A stretch of 64,000 nucleotides of DNA from a bacterium (GTDB taxonomy: Bacteria > Sumerlaeota > Sumerlaeia > SLMS01 > JAHLLQ01), in assembly GCA_020444065.1 (NCBI GenBank), contig JAHLLQ010000008.1, positions 78,138-142,137 of the forward strand, given 5' to 3'. The notes beneath the pieces are model-generated. The model was given only the letters and a program-made list of their open reading frames with translations. It made no database searches and was not told the origin of the DNA. Position numbers and translations under genes: made by a program. Shown here piece by piece: positions 1 through 8,614 of the stretch (position 1 is its first letter; the number at the start of each line of letters is the position of its first letter).

Positions 1-53
1 CCCACTACGCCGGGAAGTTCCTCCGCGGGTCGACGCGATGCTGATGTTAAAGC

Positions 54-1175
54 TCAGTCATTTTCCCCCAGCGTCTTCCGTGCGCCCGTGGCGATGTCCA
101 GGCAGATCAGTTCCCCCCGGCTCATTGGGTGTCGCGCAAAGAAATGCCGCTTGCCAAGAAGATAGACCAATTGCCGCTCATCCGGCGATACGGTGAAGGA
201 CGGAAGAAGCCCGCTCTCGTGCGTCAGTCGGCGATCCTCTCCCGTTTGAATATCGTACCGATAGAGATCATAATCGTACGGCGACGCCTTGTCGGAATCG
301 TAGATGAAGGCATCCCCACCTTTCGAAATGATCGTCTTGCTGGCTCCGTGTCGGATTGTCAGGGCTATCGACGTCGATGTGGCTGCATCCTCAGACAGAA
401 GGCAGTAACTCGGCGTGTACGCGATCCCGGTTTCCCTTCGCAGCAGAAGCCGCTCATTTGCCCATCCGACAGTGCTTACTGGATTGGAGTCCGTCAGGAG
501 ATACTCAACCTGGGAAGGGGCTTTGTTGGATAATCGTATCGCGCTCCAGTACTTGCGCCGCTGTATCGCATCGAACTGCGCGGCAGTTGCGAAGAGCCGG
601 CCGCCCTCCGGCGGAAACATCACCGAGTGAATACCCTCTCCGGTTACCCGAACATTCCATTCGTCGTTCGAGTCGATAGCCCGCCAGCAGAGCACATCGC
701 TCTTCGAGGTTCCCTGTACGAATGCCAGAGAGGCGCCATCAGGAGCGAACTTCACCTCTCGACAATGCGAGACATTCGGAAGCAGCCGCTTTGCCGCGCC
801 GCCAGTCGTTAAAACGGAGTAGGGCTCGCCAACATCGGTCTCCCGATCGCTCCAGAACACGATCTCGTCTCCTGACGGAGCGAAGAATGGTCGTGTTTCC
901 CAGAAAGGCGTCGAAGTAACAGCCTTCTGATTTCCTTCCAGATCCGTAATCCAAATATCGGATGATCGTCCGAGTCGGACGTACACAACCAGCCGACCAT
1001 CCGGAGAGAAATCGAGATTCTGCCCATCGAATTCGCCACCGGTCAGATACCGTTGGCCCAGGCCCTTCTTGGGATTGTAATCTCGTCCCTCGGCGAAGAT
1101 CGAGCTACTGCAGAGTCCTGCCAGGAGTACCGCAAGAACGACCCATCGACCTCGTGCAGACATGACCCCCTCCAT
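54..1175 (-). CDS. Exported TolB-like PD40/WD40-like beta-propeller repeat protein
   Basis: 373-aa ORF with a signal peptide (RWVVLAVLLAGLCSSSIFA). Four PD40-type repeats: FSPDGRLVVY, FAPSGDEIVF, FAPDGASLAF, VSPDERQLVY. Confidence 0.7.
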   Translation of the reverse strand: MEGVMSARGRWVVLAVLLAGLCSSSIFAEGRDYNPKKGLGQRYLTGGEFDGQNLDFSPDGRLVVYVRLGRSSDIWITDLEGNQKAVTSTPFWETRPFFAPSGDEIVFWSDRETDVGEPYSVLTTGGAAKRLLPNVSHCREVKFAPDGASLAFVQGTSKSDVLCWRAIDSNDEWNVRVTGEGIHSVMFPPEGGRLFATAAQFDAIQRRKYWSAIRLSNKAPSQVEYLLTDSNPVSTVGWANERLLLRRETGIAYTPSYCLLSEDAATSTSIALTIRHGASKTIISKGGDAFIYDSDKASPYDYDLYRYDIQTGEDRRLTHESGLLPSFTVSPDERQLVYLLGKRHFFARHPMSRGELICLDIATGARKTLGEND

Positions 1176-1239
1176 TCATCCCGCTTAATCTACTGGCGTT
1201 TCTCGCTGTTTGGCAAGCGCACTCCATCTCCCTGCTCAG

Positions 1240-1266
1240 AATCTGTGTAATCTGCGAAATCTGTGG
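1240..1266 (+). repeat. Three tandem 9-bp direct repeats AATCTGTGT-AATCTGCGA-AATCTGTGG
   Basis: Read directly from the sequence. Lies in the divergent intergenic region between the TolB-like start (1175, minus) and the ABC ATPase ATG (1367, plus). Confidence 0.8.
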
Positions 1267-1366
1267 ATGGTGGTTTCACTTGCCGAGCCCCCAAATCCCC
1301 CCTGGACCCGCCGCCTGCCCGTGTGGCAGCAGATTACCCGTCTGTCGACACGCACAGGAGCGCGCT

Positions 1367-2101
1367 ATGCACATCAAGATCGAGGATCTGCACAAATCCT
1401 TTGGGAAAACCGTCGTATTTGACGGGCTGAACCTGGAGATTCCAGCCGGCCAGAAGGCCGTCGTCGTCGGCGGGTCCGGCACCGGCAAGAGCGTGCTGCT
1501 GAAGCACCTCGTCGGCCTGATCAAGCCCGACAAGGGGCGCATCCTGATCGATGGGACGGACATCGTCCCGATGAGCGAACGCGAACTGAACCCGATCCGG
1601 CGTCGATTCGGCATGATCTTCCAGACGGGCGGCCTGCTGCAGTCGCTCTCCGTCGGGCAGAACGTGGCCCTGGCGATGAATGAGCTGACCCACACATCGA
1701 AGGGCGAGATCCGGCGCAAGGTCGCGGAGAAGCTGCAAGATGTCGGCCTGGAGGGGCGCGAGGATCAGATGCCCGGCACGCTGTCCGGCGGCCAGCGCAA
1801 GCGCGCCGCGATTGCCCGCGCCCTGACGCTTGAGACCGAGTGCTTCCTCTTCGACGAGCCCACCGCCGGGCTCGATCCCCCGATGGCGCAGACCGTCGAC
1901 GAGATCGTCCTGCAGGTGAACAAAGACATCGGCGCCACGACCATCCTCGTCACCCACGACCTGGTCAGCGTCTTCGAAGTCGCGGACATCGTGCACATGC
2001 TGCACGAGGGCAAGGTGATCGTCTCCGCAACGCCTGCGGAGTTCCGGGCCTCGACGGACGAACGCGTGCGGCGGTTCCTGGCGCGCGAAATCCCCGCGTG
2101 A
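1367..2101 (+). CDS. ABC transporter ATP-binding protein, MlaF/Mkl-like
   Basis: ORF 1280-2101 trimmed to the internal ATG at 1367 (MHIKIEDLHKSFG). Walker A GGSGTGKS, signature LSGGQRKRAAIARAL, Walker B FLFDEPTAGLD, H-loop VTHD. No fused membrane domain. Confidence 0.85.
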   Translation: MHIKIEDLHKSFGKTVVFDGLNLEIPAGQKAVVVGGSGTGKSVLLKHLVGLIKPDKGRILIDGTDIVPMSERELNPIRRRFGMIFQTGGLLQSLSVGQNVALAMNELTHTSKGEIRRKVAEKLQDVGLEGREDQMPGTLSGGQRKRAAIARALTLETECFLFDEPTAGLDPPMAQTVDEIVLQVNKDIGATTILVTHDLVSVFEVADIVHMLHEGKVIVSATPAEFRASTDERVRRFLAREIPA

Positions 2102-2117
2102 CGCTTCGGCGGCCAAC

Positions 2118-2990
2118 ATGAACATCATCTGTCTGAACGGCGAATTCATCGAGCTGGAAGAAGCGCACATCTCGCCGACCGATGCCGGTTTCATGCACGG
2201 GCACGGCGTCTTCGAAACGATGCGTGCCGAAGAAGGCATCCTGCTGCACGCCGCGGACCACTTCGCGCGGCTGGCTCGCGGGGCACGCGTGCTGGAGATC
2301 CCCTTCCACTTCGCGCCGGAGGAGCTTCTCGCCCTCTGCCAGCAGGTGCTGGACGCGAACGGGCTGGAGGAAGCTCGCCTGCGGCTGACACTGACCGCCG
2401 GGCCTCTCCGGGGCCAGCCGATCGCCAGCCGCGAGGGCGAACCGACACTGGCCATCACGGCGACGGCGCTCGACGACAGCCTGGACGATACCCGAGACCG
2501 CGGTTGGCGAGCTGTCACCGTGCCGATTCCGCGCAACCATCGCTCGCCGCTGGCCACGATCAAGAGCACCAACTACCTCGATTCGATTCTGGCCAAACGG
2601 ATGGCTCGCCAGGCCGGCTTCGACGAGGCCATCCTGCTCAACACGGCGGGACTGCTCGCCGAGGGGTCCATGACGAATCTCTTCGTGGTGCGCGGTGAAC
2701 GCGTGTTGACGCCCCCGATCAGCGACGGCGCGTTGCCAGGTATCCAGCGTTCCCGCATTGCCGGGCTGGCCGGCGCCTGCGGGTTCGATTTCGCCGAGGA
2801 ATCTCTGACCGCCGACGCGTTGGTTTCCGCCGACGAGGCTTTTCTGACCAACGCCGTCATCGAGATCATGCCGCTCGTTGCCATTGGCCAGCACGAAATC
2901 AACGATGGGCAGCCCGGCGAGGCCACCGAGGCCCTGTACACCGCCCACCGGTACGACATCGAGGGACTGTTGGACCAGTCGCGCCACTGA
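2118..2990 (+). CDS. Class IV (fold-type IV) aminotransferase: branched-chain aminotransferase / aminodeoxychorismate lyase family
   Basis: 290 aa. Motifs: SPTDAGFMHGHGVFETMRA, IKSTNYLDSILAKR (catalytic Lys context), EGSMTNLFVV. Confidence 0.8.
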   Translation: MNIICLNGEFIELEEAHISPTDAGFMHGHGVFETMRAEEGILLHAADHFARLARGARVLEIPFHFAPEELLALCQQVLDANGLEEARLRLTLTAGPLRGQPIASREGEPTLAITATALDDSLDDTRDRGWRAVTVPIPRNHRSPLATIKSTNYLDSILAKRMARQAGFDEAILLNTAGLLAEGSMTNLFVVRGERVLTPPISDGALPGIQRSRIAGLAGACGFDFAEESLTADALVSADEAFLTNAVIEIMPLVAIGQHEINDGQPGEATEALYTAHRYDIEGLLDQSRH

Positions 2991-3082
2991 CTCAAAAAAA
3001 CCCTTGCATGGCGGGCGGGGTTGAGCCTACACAACCCCCCTCGTTTGCGGGCGCTAGCCCGCCGACGACCCGCCCTTCAAGT

Positions 3083-3170
3083 GCCGTCGTGGCGGAACTG
3101 GCAGACGCGCACGGTTCAGGTCCGTGTGGGCATTGCGCCCGTGATGGTTCGACTCCATTCGACGGCACCA
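3083..3170 (+). tRNA. tRNA-Leu: tRNA-Leu (anticodon CAG) with long variable arm and encoded CCA
   Basis: Acceptor GCCGTCG pairs with CGACGGC. Anticodon stem CACGG/CCGTG with loop TTCAGGT (anticodon CAG). Long variable arm GGGC..GCCC, T-loop GGTTCGACTCC, 3' end ACCA. Confidence 0.9.
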
Positions 3171-3180
3171 CAGGTTTCCC

Positions 3181-3218
3181 AAACGCCGGGCTCTTCGGAG
3201 TCCGGCGTTTTCTCGTTT
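3181..3218 (+). terminator. Intrinsic terminator after tRNA-Leu
   Basis: AAACGCCGGGCTC-TTCG-GAGTCCGGCGTTT forms a ~13-bp stem (one G.U pair) with a UUCG tetraloop. It is followed by TCTCGTTT. Confidence 0.75.
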
Positions 3219-3296
3219 CGCCCGCTCGAGAGGTTGCCGGTTGACGGAGAGTTGTGAAGCCCTGACCCTGGGGAATCCTCCAGAAGTAGGTCCTTC

Positions 3297-4910
3297 ATGA
3301 GCATATCGTCCCAAACGATCCTGAATCTCCTGATCATCTGCCTGGGCCTCGCCACCTTTCTCCCGGCGGCGTCCGATGAACCTGCGGGCACTCCTATTGC
3401 CGATCCAGCGCTGAGGGTGAAGGTCCGCATCTACGAGCGGCCGGAAAACTACCCGTACTACTCCATCGCTCGCGGCCCGGTGGCGGATCTGATCCGGGTG
3501 GAGGCGACACGGGAGATCGACTTCATCCCCTCCGGCGACGATTTCGTGGTGAAGGTCTTCGTCGAGGATCTGCGCGAAGCCCCACAGGGCGTGTTCGCGA
3601 CTTACGTGGACGTGAATATCAGCGAGGGCGGCGGATCCGCGCAGCTCGTCGAGTCGCTGCCATTTGTGACGTTTCCGAATTCATCCGAATCGACGCCGTA
3701 TCTTCACAATACGGACATCTTCGGAAACGGAGCCTCTCCAACGGCGGGGGAGACCGGGCTGATCGATCCTGACAACGATGGGTTCAAGAATCAGATCGAT
3801 GCGCTCGGTTCATTCTCAGGACAACTCCAGGGGGCGGGTGGCGGCGAGTACGTACTTGCCGAATTCGCCATGACGGCGACCGTTCCCGGGGATCTGACAA
3901 TCGGAGCCGAATCTACTACGGAGTCGGATGATCCCTTCGACGCTGGGCAATCTCCGGCGCGCGATTGCCTGCTCTACGGAGAGAATTCATCCATTTGTCC
4001 ATCGTCCGCCGGCTGCATCTCTTCGATGACCTTCGTTTCGGATACCGTCCGCGTGGTGGACAGCTCCTACGACCTTTGCGAGTCGAATCTCCTCCTCGAT
4101 CCGAGTTTCGAGGTTCCAAGTTGGAGCTCGCCCTGGACAACCAGTTCCACAAACTTCGGGACGCCGATTTGCGATGGAACCTGCTTTGTGGGCACACCGC
4201 AGCCGGGGCACTCCGGCGAGCGCTTCCTCTGGTTCGGCGGCATCGAATCGCCCGGCTCCGAAATCGGTGTTGCTAGCCAGGATGTTCTCTTCGGACTGAA
4301 GCCGTTGGAACTGCGCTTCTTCTTTCGCATGTTCGTGTCCAACGGGTCGACCACTGACTACGTGTCGGTGTTCGTCGACGAGACAGAAGTCTGGAAGGTG
4401 ACAGCAGCTGACGCGAACACCTACGGGAACGACTGGAACGAAGTCGTCTTGGATCTCAGTCAGTTCTCCACATACAGGAATGCGCCGCCTCAGTTGCATA
4501 CGATTCGATTCTACTCAGACGTCAATGGCGACGGGCCGACAAGTATCTTCGTCGACGATGCGAACCTGTGCGAGCGCACCCCTGCCCCCCCCACGATCCA
4601 GCAAGTCGCGCCGATCCTGGGCGTGGACATTCGCAGCCTCACGACCAACGTCGATCAGAAGTACGCCTACTTCTCCTACCTGTGGGAGAGCGATGGCGAC
4701 GATTCTCCCGTTACGCACGGACCGATGGAACTATGGACCGACACCGTGACGGAACTCGGCGATTCCGTGACCTTCACGCCGGGGGAGACCTGGACTGTCA
4801 CGATCACGCCATATGCCTGGCCGAACGAGACTCCTGGAGATCAATGGGTCGTCACGTATCGAATCAACCTGGATGGATCGATCAATGTGATCGGATGGAT
4901 GGCACGTTGA
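3297..4910 (+). CDS. Secreted hypothetical protein (cohesin-like N-terminal region, C-terminal jelly-roll/CBM-like region)
   Basis: 537 aa with a signal peptide (ILNLLIICLGLATFLPAAS). No catalytic motif recognised. The domain guesses come only from beta-rich sequence patterns. Confidence 0.4.
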   Translation: MSISSQTILNLLIICLGLATFLPAASDEPAGTPIADPALRVKVRIYERPENYPYYSIARGPVADLIRVEATREIDFIPSGDDFVVKVFVEDLREAPQGVFATYVDVNISEGGGSAQLVESLPFVTFPNSSESTPYLHNTDIFGNGASPTAGETGLIDPDNDGFKNQIDALGSFSGQLQGAGGGEYVLAEFAMTATVPGDLTIGAESTTESDDPFDAGQSPARDCLLYGENSSICPSSAGCISSMTFVSDTVRVVDSSYDLCESNLLLDPSFEVPSWSSPWTTSSTNFGTPICDGTCFVGTPQPGHSGERFLWFGGIESPGSEIGVASQDVLFGLKPLELRFFFRMFVSNGSTTDYVSVFVDETEVWKVTAADANTYGNDWNEVVLDLSQFSTYRNAPPQLHTIRFYSDVNGDGPTSIFVDDANLCERTPAPPTIQQVAPILGVDIRSLTTNVDQKYAYFSYLWESDGDDSPVTHGPMELWTDTVTELGDSVTFTPGETWTVTITPYAWPNETPGDQWVVTYRINLDGSINVIGWMAR

Positions 4911-4975
4911 TATTGCCCTCGTGGGCAGGGTGTGCGGAACTCGTCCAAATTCTGTGAAGGCGGAGGAGCGATGGC

Positions 4976-5437
4976 ATGATCTTCGACGTGATGGAAAACG
5001 GACCCAAGTACGTTCCCGCGGGATCGCGGCTGGCCCGCGCATTTGAATTCCTGCTCAATGAACTCGATCCAAACGCCCCGGACGGTCGGATAGATGTTGT
5101 CGGCGACGAGGTCTTTGCGCTCGTGCAGTCCTATCCCCCGAAACCGGAGGCCGACTGTCGTTTTGAGGCGCATCGGAAATACATCGACATCCAGGTCGTT
5201 CTCGGAGGAGCCGAAGCCATGGGTTGGGCCCCGGCCGAGGGGCTGAAGGTGGAGACTCCCTATGATGCAGAGACCGACGTCGGGTTCTTCCAAAAGCCCG
5301 AGGCGTACACTCTGCTGAACGGCCTGCCCCAGATGTTTGCGCTCTTCTATCCGCACGATGCCCACATGCCCCAGGTCCGCATCCCGCAAAGCGAAATCGT
5401 CCGCAAAGTCGTGATGAAGGTCCTCGTGGAGGACTAA
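4976..5437 (+). CDS. YhcH/YjgK/YiaL (DUF386, EbgC-like) family protein
   Basis: 153 aa. Family-typical pattern: GRIDVVGDEVFALVQSY...RFEAHRKYIDIQVVLGGAE...FALFYPHDAHMP. GGAGGAG Shine-Dalgarno upstream. Confidence 0.8.
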   Translation: MIFDVMENGPKYVPAGSRLARAFEFLLNELDPNAPDGRIDVVGDEVFALVQSYPPKPEADCRFEAHRKYIDIQVVLGGAEAMGWAPAEGLKVETPYDAETDVGFFQKPEAYTLLNGLPQMFALFYPHDAHMPQVRIPQSEIVRKVVMKVLVED

Positions 5438-5471
5438 CCGGGCACGCAATCTTCGCTCAGATCAAAAGCAT

Positions 5472-5501
5472 AAGGCACTGTCCGCAACGGGACAGTGCCT
5501 T
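5472..5501. terminator. Bidirectional intrinsic terminator between convergent genes
   Basis: AAGGCACTGTCC-gcaacg-GGACAGTGCCTT is a perfect 12-bp stem with T-rich flanks on both strands. Sits between 4976-5437 (+) and 5528-8614 (-). Confidence 0.8.
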
Positions 5502-5527
5502 GATTCCTGCTTGTTTGAACGTCTCGC

Positions 5528-8500
5528 TTACCGGGCGATCTTCAGGTCGTCCAGCCAGAGTGTACCTTCCTTTGGCACTGAGTGCCCATCTTCAAAGACG
5601 ATGAAGAACTGGGTCAGGCGGCTCCAGTCGGTAATCATGCCGCCGAACTGCGTGTACGGAATCGTGAAGTGGCGCCATTCGGTTTCGCTGAGCCCATTTA
5701 GCCGCGCAACGCCCACGCCGCCGGCACCGTGCAATTCGATCTTCAGGTCATTCGGCGTTCCCTTTGCCCAGAACTGAACGGAACGCGCGCCGGAAGCGTC
5801 GATGCCTTCGAGGTCGAACGTCGCCCCACCGAAGGCCAGGTTCGGCGAATCGACATCGTAGTCGATCCGCATCGCTCCGGTCATTGCGCCATCGCGTTGA
5901 ACTTTCTCCAACGAAACATTGAAGTTCACGGTATCGTCGGCCGCATCGCGCTTCCAGGTAACGAGTTGTCCGCCGAGTCGATTGCGCATCGGGTCGGTGC
6001 CTTCGAAGTCGTCGATCAGGATCGATTCAGGACCCGTTGCAGCGGACGCGCCCGGCAGAACCAGTGGACTTGTGTCGCGACGCTTCAGTTCTGCCAACCA
6101 GCCTTGATCGGCAGGCCATGTGAATTCATCGATGGCCGCAAGGCCCTTCTTCACGGTCGGATGGCTCTCGTACAGACGCTGGACAACACCGTCCTCGAGA
6201 ACATTCGCCAGCGAGAAGAAGAGCATTGTCTGGTCGAGGGCGGGCAGGTACTTGTCGCTGACCGCGCCGGTCGTGAGATCGATGCTGTCGCGGAAACCGA
6301 ACTCGCGCATTTCACCATCGATCATCATGGGATCGCGCGCGCCCATCTCTTCAAGCGTACGCAGCGACTCTGCGGCCTTCGCCGGATAATGCATCGCGGC
6401 CATTCCCGCTGCATGCGGTGTGACGACGTTTGCTTCCAGGCCACCCCATCCAAGGTACCGATCGTCCGGCGAGAACGACGCCGACCAGCCCCAGGCCGGC
6501 AGATCGAGCGTCTTCGCATAGAGCATCTGAGCGTACGCGAAGTTTGCCGTCGAGCGCCCGGCCGGCGTCATTTGCTCGTCGAGGAACAAGCCGTCCTGAC
6601 TTTGCATGAACAATCCGCCGCCCATCCATCCGGGGCCGTAGATCTTCAGATCGAAGTGTTCTTCGGTCTTCCGACCGAGATTCTTCCAACTCTCTGCGGG
6701 TGCGACACCGGAAGCGATTGCCCAGAAATGTGCAATGCGTCCGTCTCCGGCGTAATCGCCCACGTGCCAGCCGGGATCCATCTTCTCCGTCGTCATGTTG
6801 TAGCCGCCGTACAAGAGGCCGACGTTTTCATCGTAGAAGGCAGCCCAGTTCATGCCATTCACAATGCGCTCGACCTGCTCGCGCACTTCGGGCAGCGCTT
6901 GGGCCGCGACGACATAGCCCGCGACCATGTTGCCGGAATCGAGAACCGAAATCATTGGGTCGTGGAGCGCACGCTCTCGCGTGTGCACGTTATTCCAGCT
7001 TTCGGAGAAGCCGTTCCATTTCTCGAATTGCTCGTATGAGTCGAGCACGCGACGCACGCGATCGACGGCCTCATCATGGGTGATGTACCCAATCTCTGCG
7101 GCAATTGCACAACTCGCGGCGTAGTACCCAAGGTTCGTGACCGACGAGTAGTCGTCTCGAGTGCTCGTGTCGTAGGGAAGTCCCGTTTCCGGAGCGACGT
7201 AGAACGCGATGCAATCCCACGTGTCCTTCATGACGTCGCGCAAGTACGCCTCATCGTCTTCGGCGACTTGCGGCCATTCGACCTTCGGGCCGAATCCGGC
7301 GCGCTCGAGTCCGGCAGCGATCGCGGGGTGATTCATGAAGTTGTCCCAAACGAGTCCGCTGCGGGCGTTCTCGATGCACAGAATCATCGGACCGTGCGCG
7401 ATGCCAATGACCTGGTCCGAAACCCAACTCTGATCGATGATGAACGAATCCACGAAACCATAGCCACCGTCAGTCGGATCAATCCAGACAGGCTTGCCAT
7501 CGATGACCAGCCCCTTCATGTGGCGAAGAGCTGTGATTGCGTCCGCGGGCATGAACGGCACAGCCATTCCGGCCCCGTAAGGAGCGACAATTCCGCCGCA
7601 GGGATTGTCCCCGGCTTCGCCGCGGGGCTGATGACCGGGAACGGCATAGCTGTCATTCGGAGCAGAGCACGCCGTAATGCCCCAGCGATTCTGTCCATAC
7701 GTTGGGAAATCGCCAGCCATGGAACGACACCAATCGCGATTCGCGCGCGAAGCCATCGCCGTGTTGAAGAACCAGTCCGTACCACCGGGGTCCGGTCCCA
7801 TGCGCGAGAAGTCCGCGAAACACTGCGCGAATATGTAGGTAAACAGCGTGCTCGGCCAACTATACGTGTAATGCAAGTCGCCCAGATCGCCTTCGCGGCG
7901 AACCCAACTGGTCAGATTGCTCGCGGGCAGGCGGTGTTCTTCAATGGGAGCAGAGATTCCGACGATCGAAATCAGAAGCGCTTCATCCGTGTACCAATCC
8001 CACGTCTGCTTGTCGAACTTACCATTCTCCGTCATCTCCCCCCAAACCGCGGGGCGCCAGGCCATATAGACTTGGTTTCTCTCCGGATCCACCCAGGCCT
8101 TCCAATTCATCTCAGCGTAGATTTTGTCGGCCAGCATCCGCGCTTCGCCGCCGAAGTAATTACCGGCAGTGATCATTCCCGCTGCGAGAAGAGCCGTATC
8201 GATCGAGGAGACTTCGCTTTCATATCCCCCCATTGTTACGTTCCCGGTCTTCATGTCGACAAAGTGCGTGAAGATGCCCTCGTGGCGGGCGTTCGATTGA
8301 TCGAGTGCCCGAAGCGAACGCAGCACGCGATCCTCTGCAGCCTTGCGCGTGACCCAGCCGCGCTCCACCGCAACCGGATATGTGGCGAAGGCGAATCCCT
8401 GCGAGGCCACGCTGCAATCGTTGACGCCGGTCTTGTCGCGAACGAGACCGGTTACGGGATCGGCCTCTTGCCAGAAGAACTGAAATGCCGCGGAACTGAT

Positions 8501-8614
8501 TTCCTCCAGCAAGGCATCGTCCTCCGGAGAGAACTTCGAATCGGACTTCTTTGTCGATGGCGTTGCGCACGCACTCAGCAGTGCAATCAGGAGAAACAGG
8601 GGAAGAATCTTCAT
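5528..8614 (-). CDS. Lipoprotein with two (alpha/alpha)6 glucoamylase-like modules (N-terminal one GH144/PF10091-like endo-beta-1,2-glucanase type) and a C-terminal CBM11-like module
   Basis: 1028 aa with lipobox LLSAC. First module: FQFFWQEADPVTGLVRD...GYGFVDSFIIDQSWVSDQVIGIAHGPMILCIENARSGLVW (PF10091-type pattern). Second module: LPYDTSTRDDYSSVTNLGYY...FGFRDSIDL. C-terminus: ILIDDFEG...TLWLDDLKI. Confidence 0.6.
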   Translation of the reverse strand: MKILPLFLLIALLSACATPSTKKSDSKFSPEDDALLEEISSAAFQFFWQEADPVTGLVRDKTGVNDCSVASQGFAFATYPVAVERGWVTRKAAEDRVLRSLRALDQSNARHEGIFTHFVDMKTGNVTMGGYESEVSSIDTALLAAGMITAGNYFGGEARMLADKIYAEMNWKAWVDPERNQVYMAWRPAVWGEMTENGKFDKQTWDWYTDEALLISIVGISAPIEEHRLPASNLTSWVRREGDLGDLHYTYSWPSTLFTYIFAQCFADFSRMGPDPGGTDWFFNTAMASRANRDWCRSMAGDFPTYGQNRWGITACSAPNDSYAVPGHQPRGEAGDNPCGGIVAPYGAGMAVPFMPADAITALRHMKGLVIDGKPVWIDPTDGGYGFVDSFIIDQSWVSDQVIGIAHGPMILCIENARSGLVWDNFMNHPAIAAGLERAGFGPKVEWPQVAEDDEAYLRDVMKDTWDCIAFYVAPETGLPYDTSTRDDYSSVTNLGYYAASCAIAAEIGYITHDEAVDRVRRVLDSYEQFEKWNGFSESWNNVHTRERALHDPMISVLDSGNMVAGYVVAAQALPEVREQVERIVNGMNWAAFYDENVGLLYGGYNMTTEKMDPGWHVGDYAGDGRIAHFWAIASGVAPAESWKNLGRKTEEHFDLKIYGPGWMGGGLFMQSQDGLFLDEQMTPAGRSTANFAYAQMLYAKTLDLPAWGWSASFSPDDRYLGWGGLEANVVTPHAAGMAAMHYPAKAAESLRTLEEMGARDPMMIDGEMREFGFRDSIDLTTGAVSDKYLPALDQTMLFFSLANVLEDGVVQRLYESHPTVKKGLAAIDEFTWPADQGWLAELKRRDTSPLVLPGASAATGPESILIDDFEGTDPMRNRLGGQLVTWKRDAADDTVNFNVSLEKVQRDGAMTGAMRIDYDVDSPNLAFGGATFDLEGIDASGARSVQFWAKGTPNDLKIELHGAGGVGVARLNGLSETEWRHFTIPYTQFGGMITDWSRLTQFFIVFEDGHSVPKEGTLWLDDLKIAR

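Noticed and set aside
1334-2987. Minus-strand ORFs of 412 aa (1334-2572) and 340 aa (1965-2987).
   Set aside because: They are antisense shadows of the ABC ATPase and class IV aminotransferase genes. They are Arg/Ala/Pro/Gly-rich with no recognisable domains, whereas the plus-strand products have complete family motifs.
3083-5437. tRNA-Leu as an integration site for a genomic island, given the CAZyme locus further downstream.
   Set aside because: There is no integrase, no excisionase, and no direct repeat of the tRNA 3' end that I could find at the far side (~31.1 kb) or elsewhere. By eye, the composition of the locus does not differ from its flanks.
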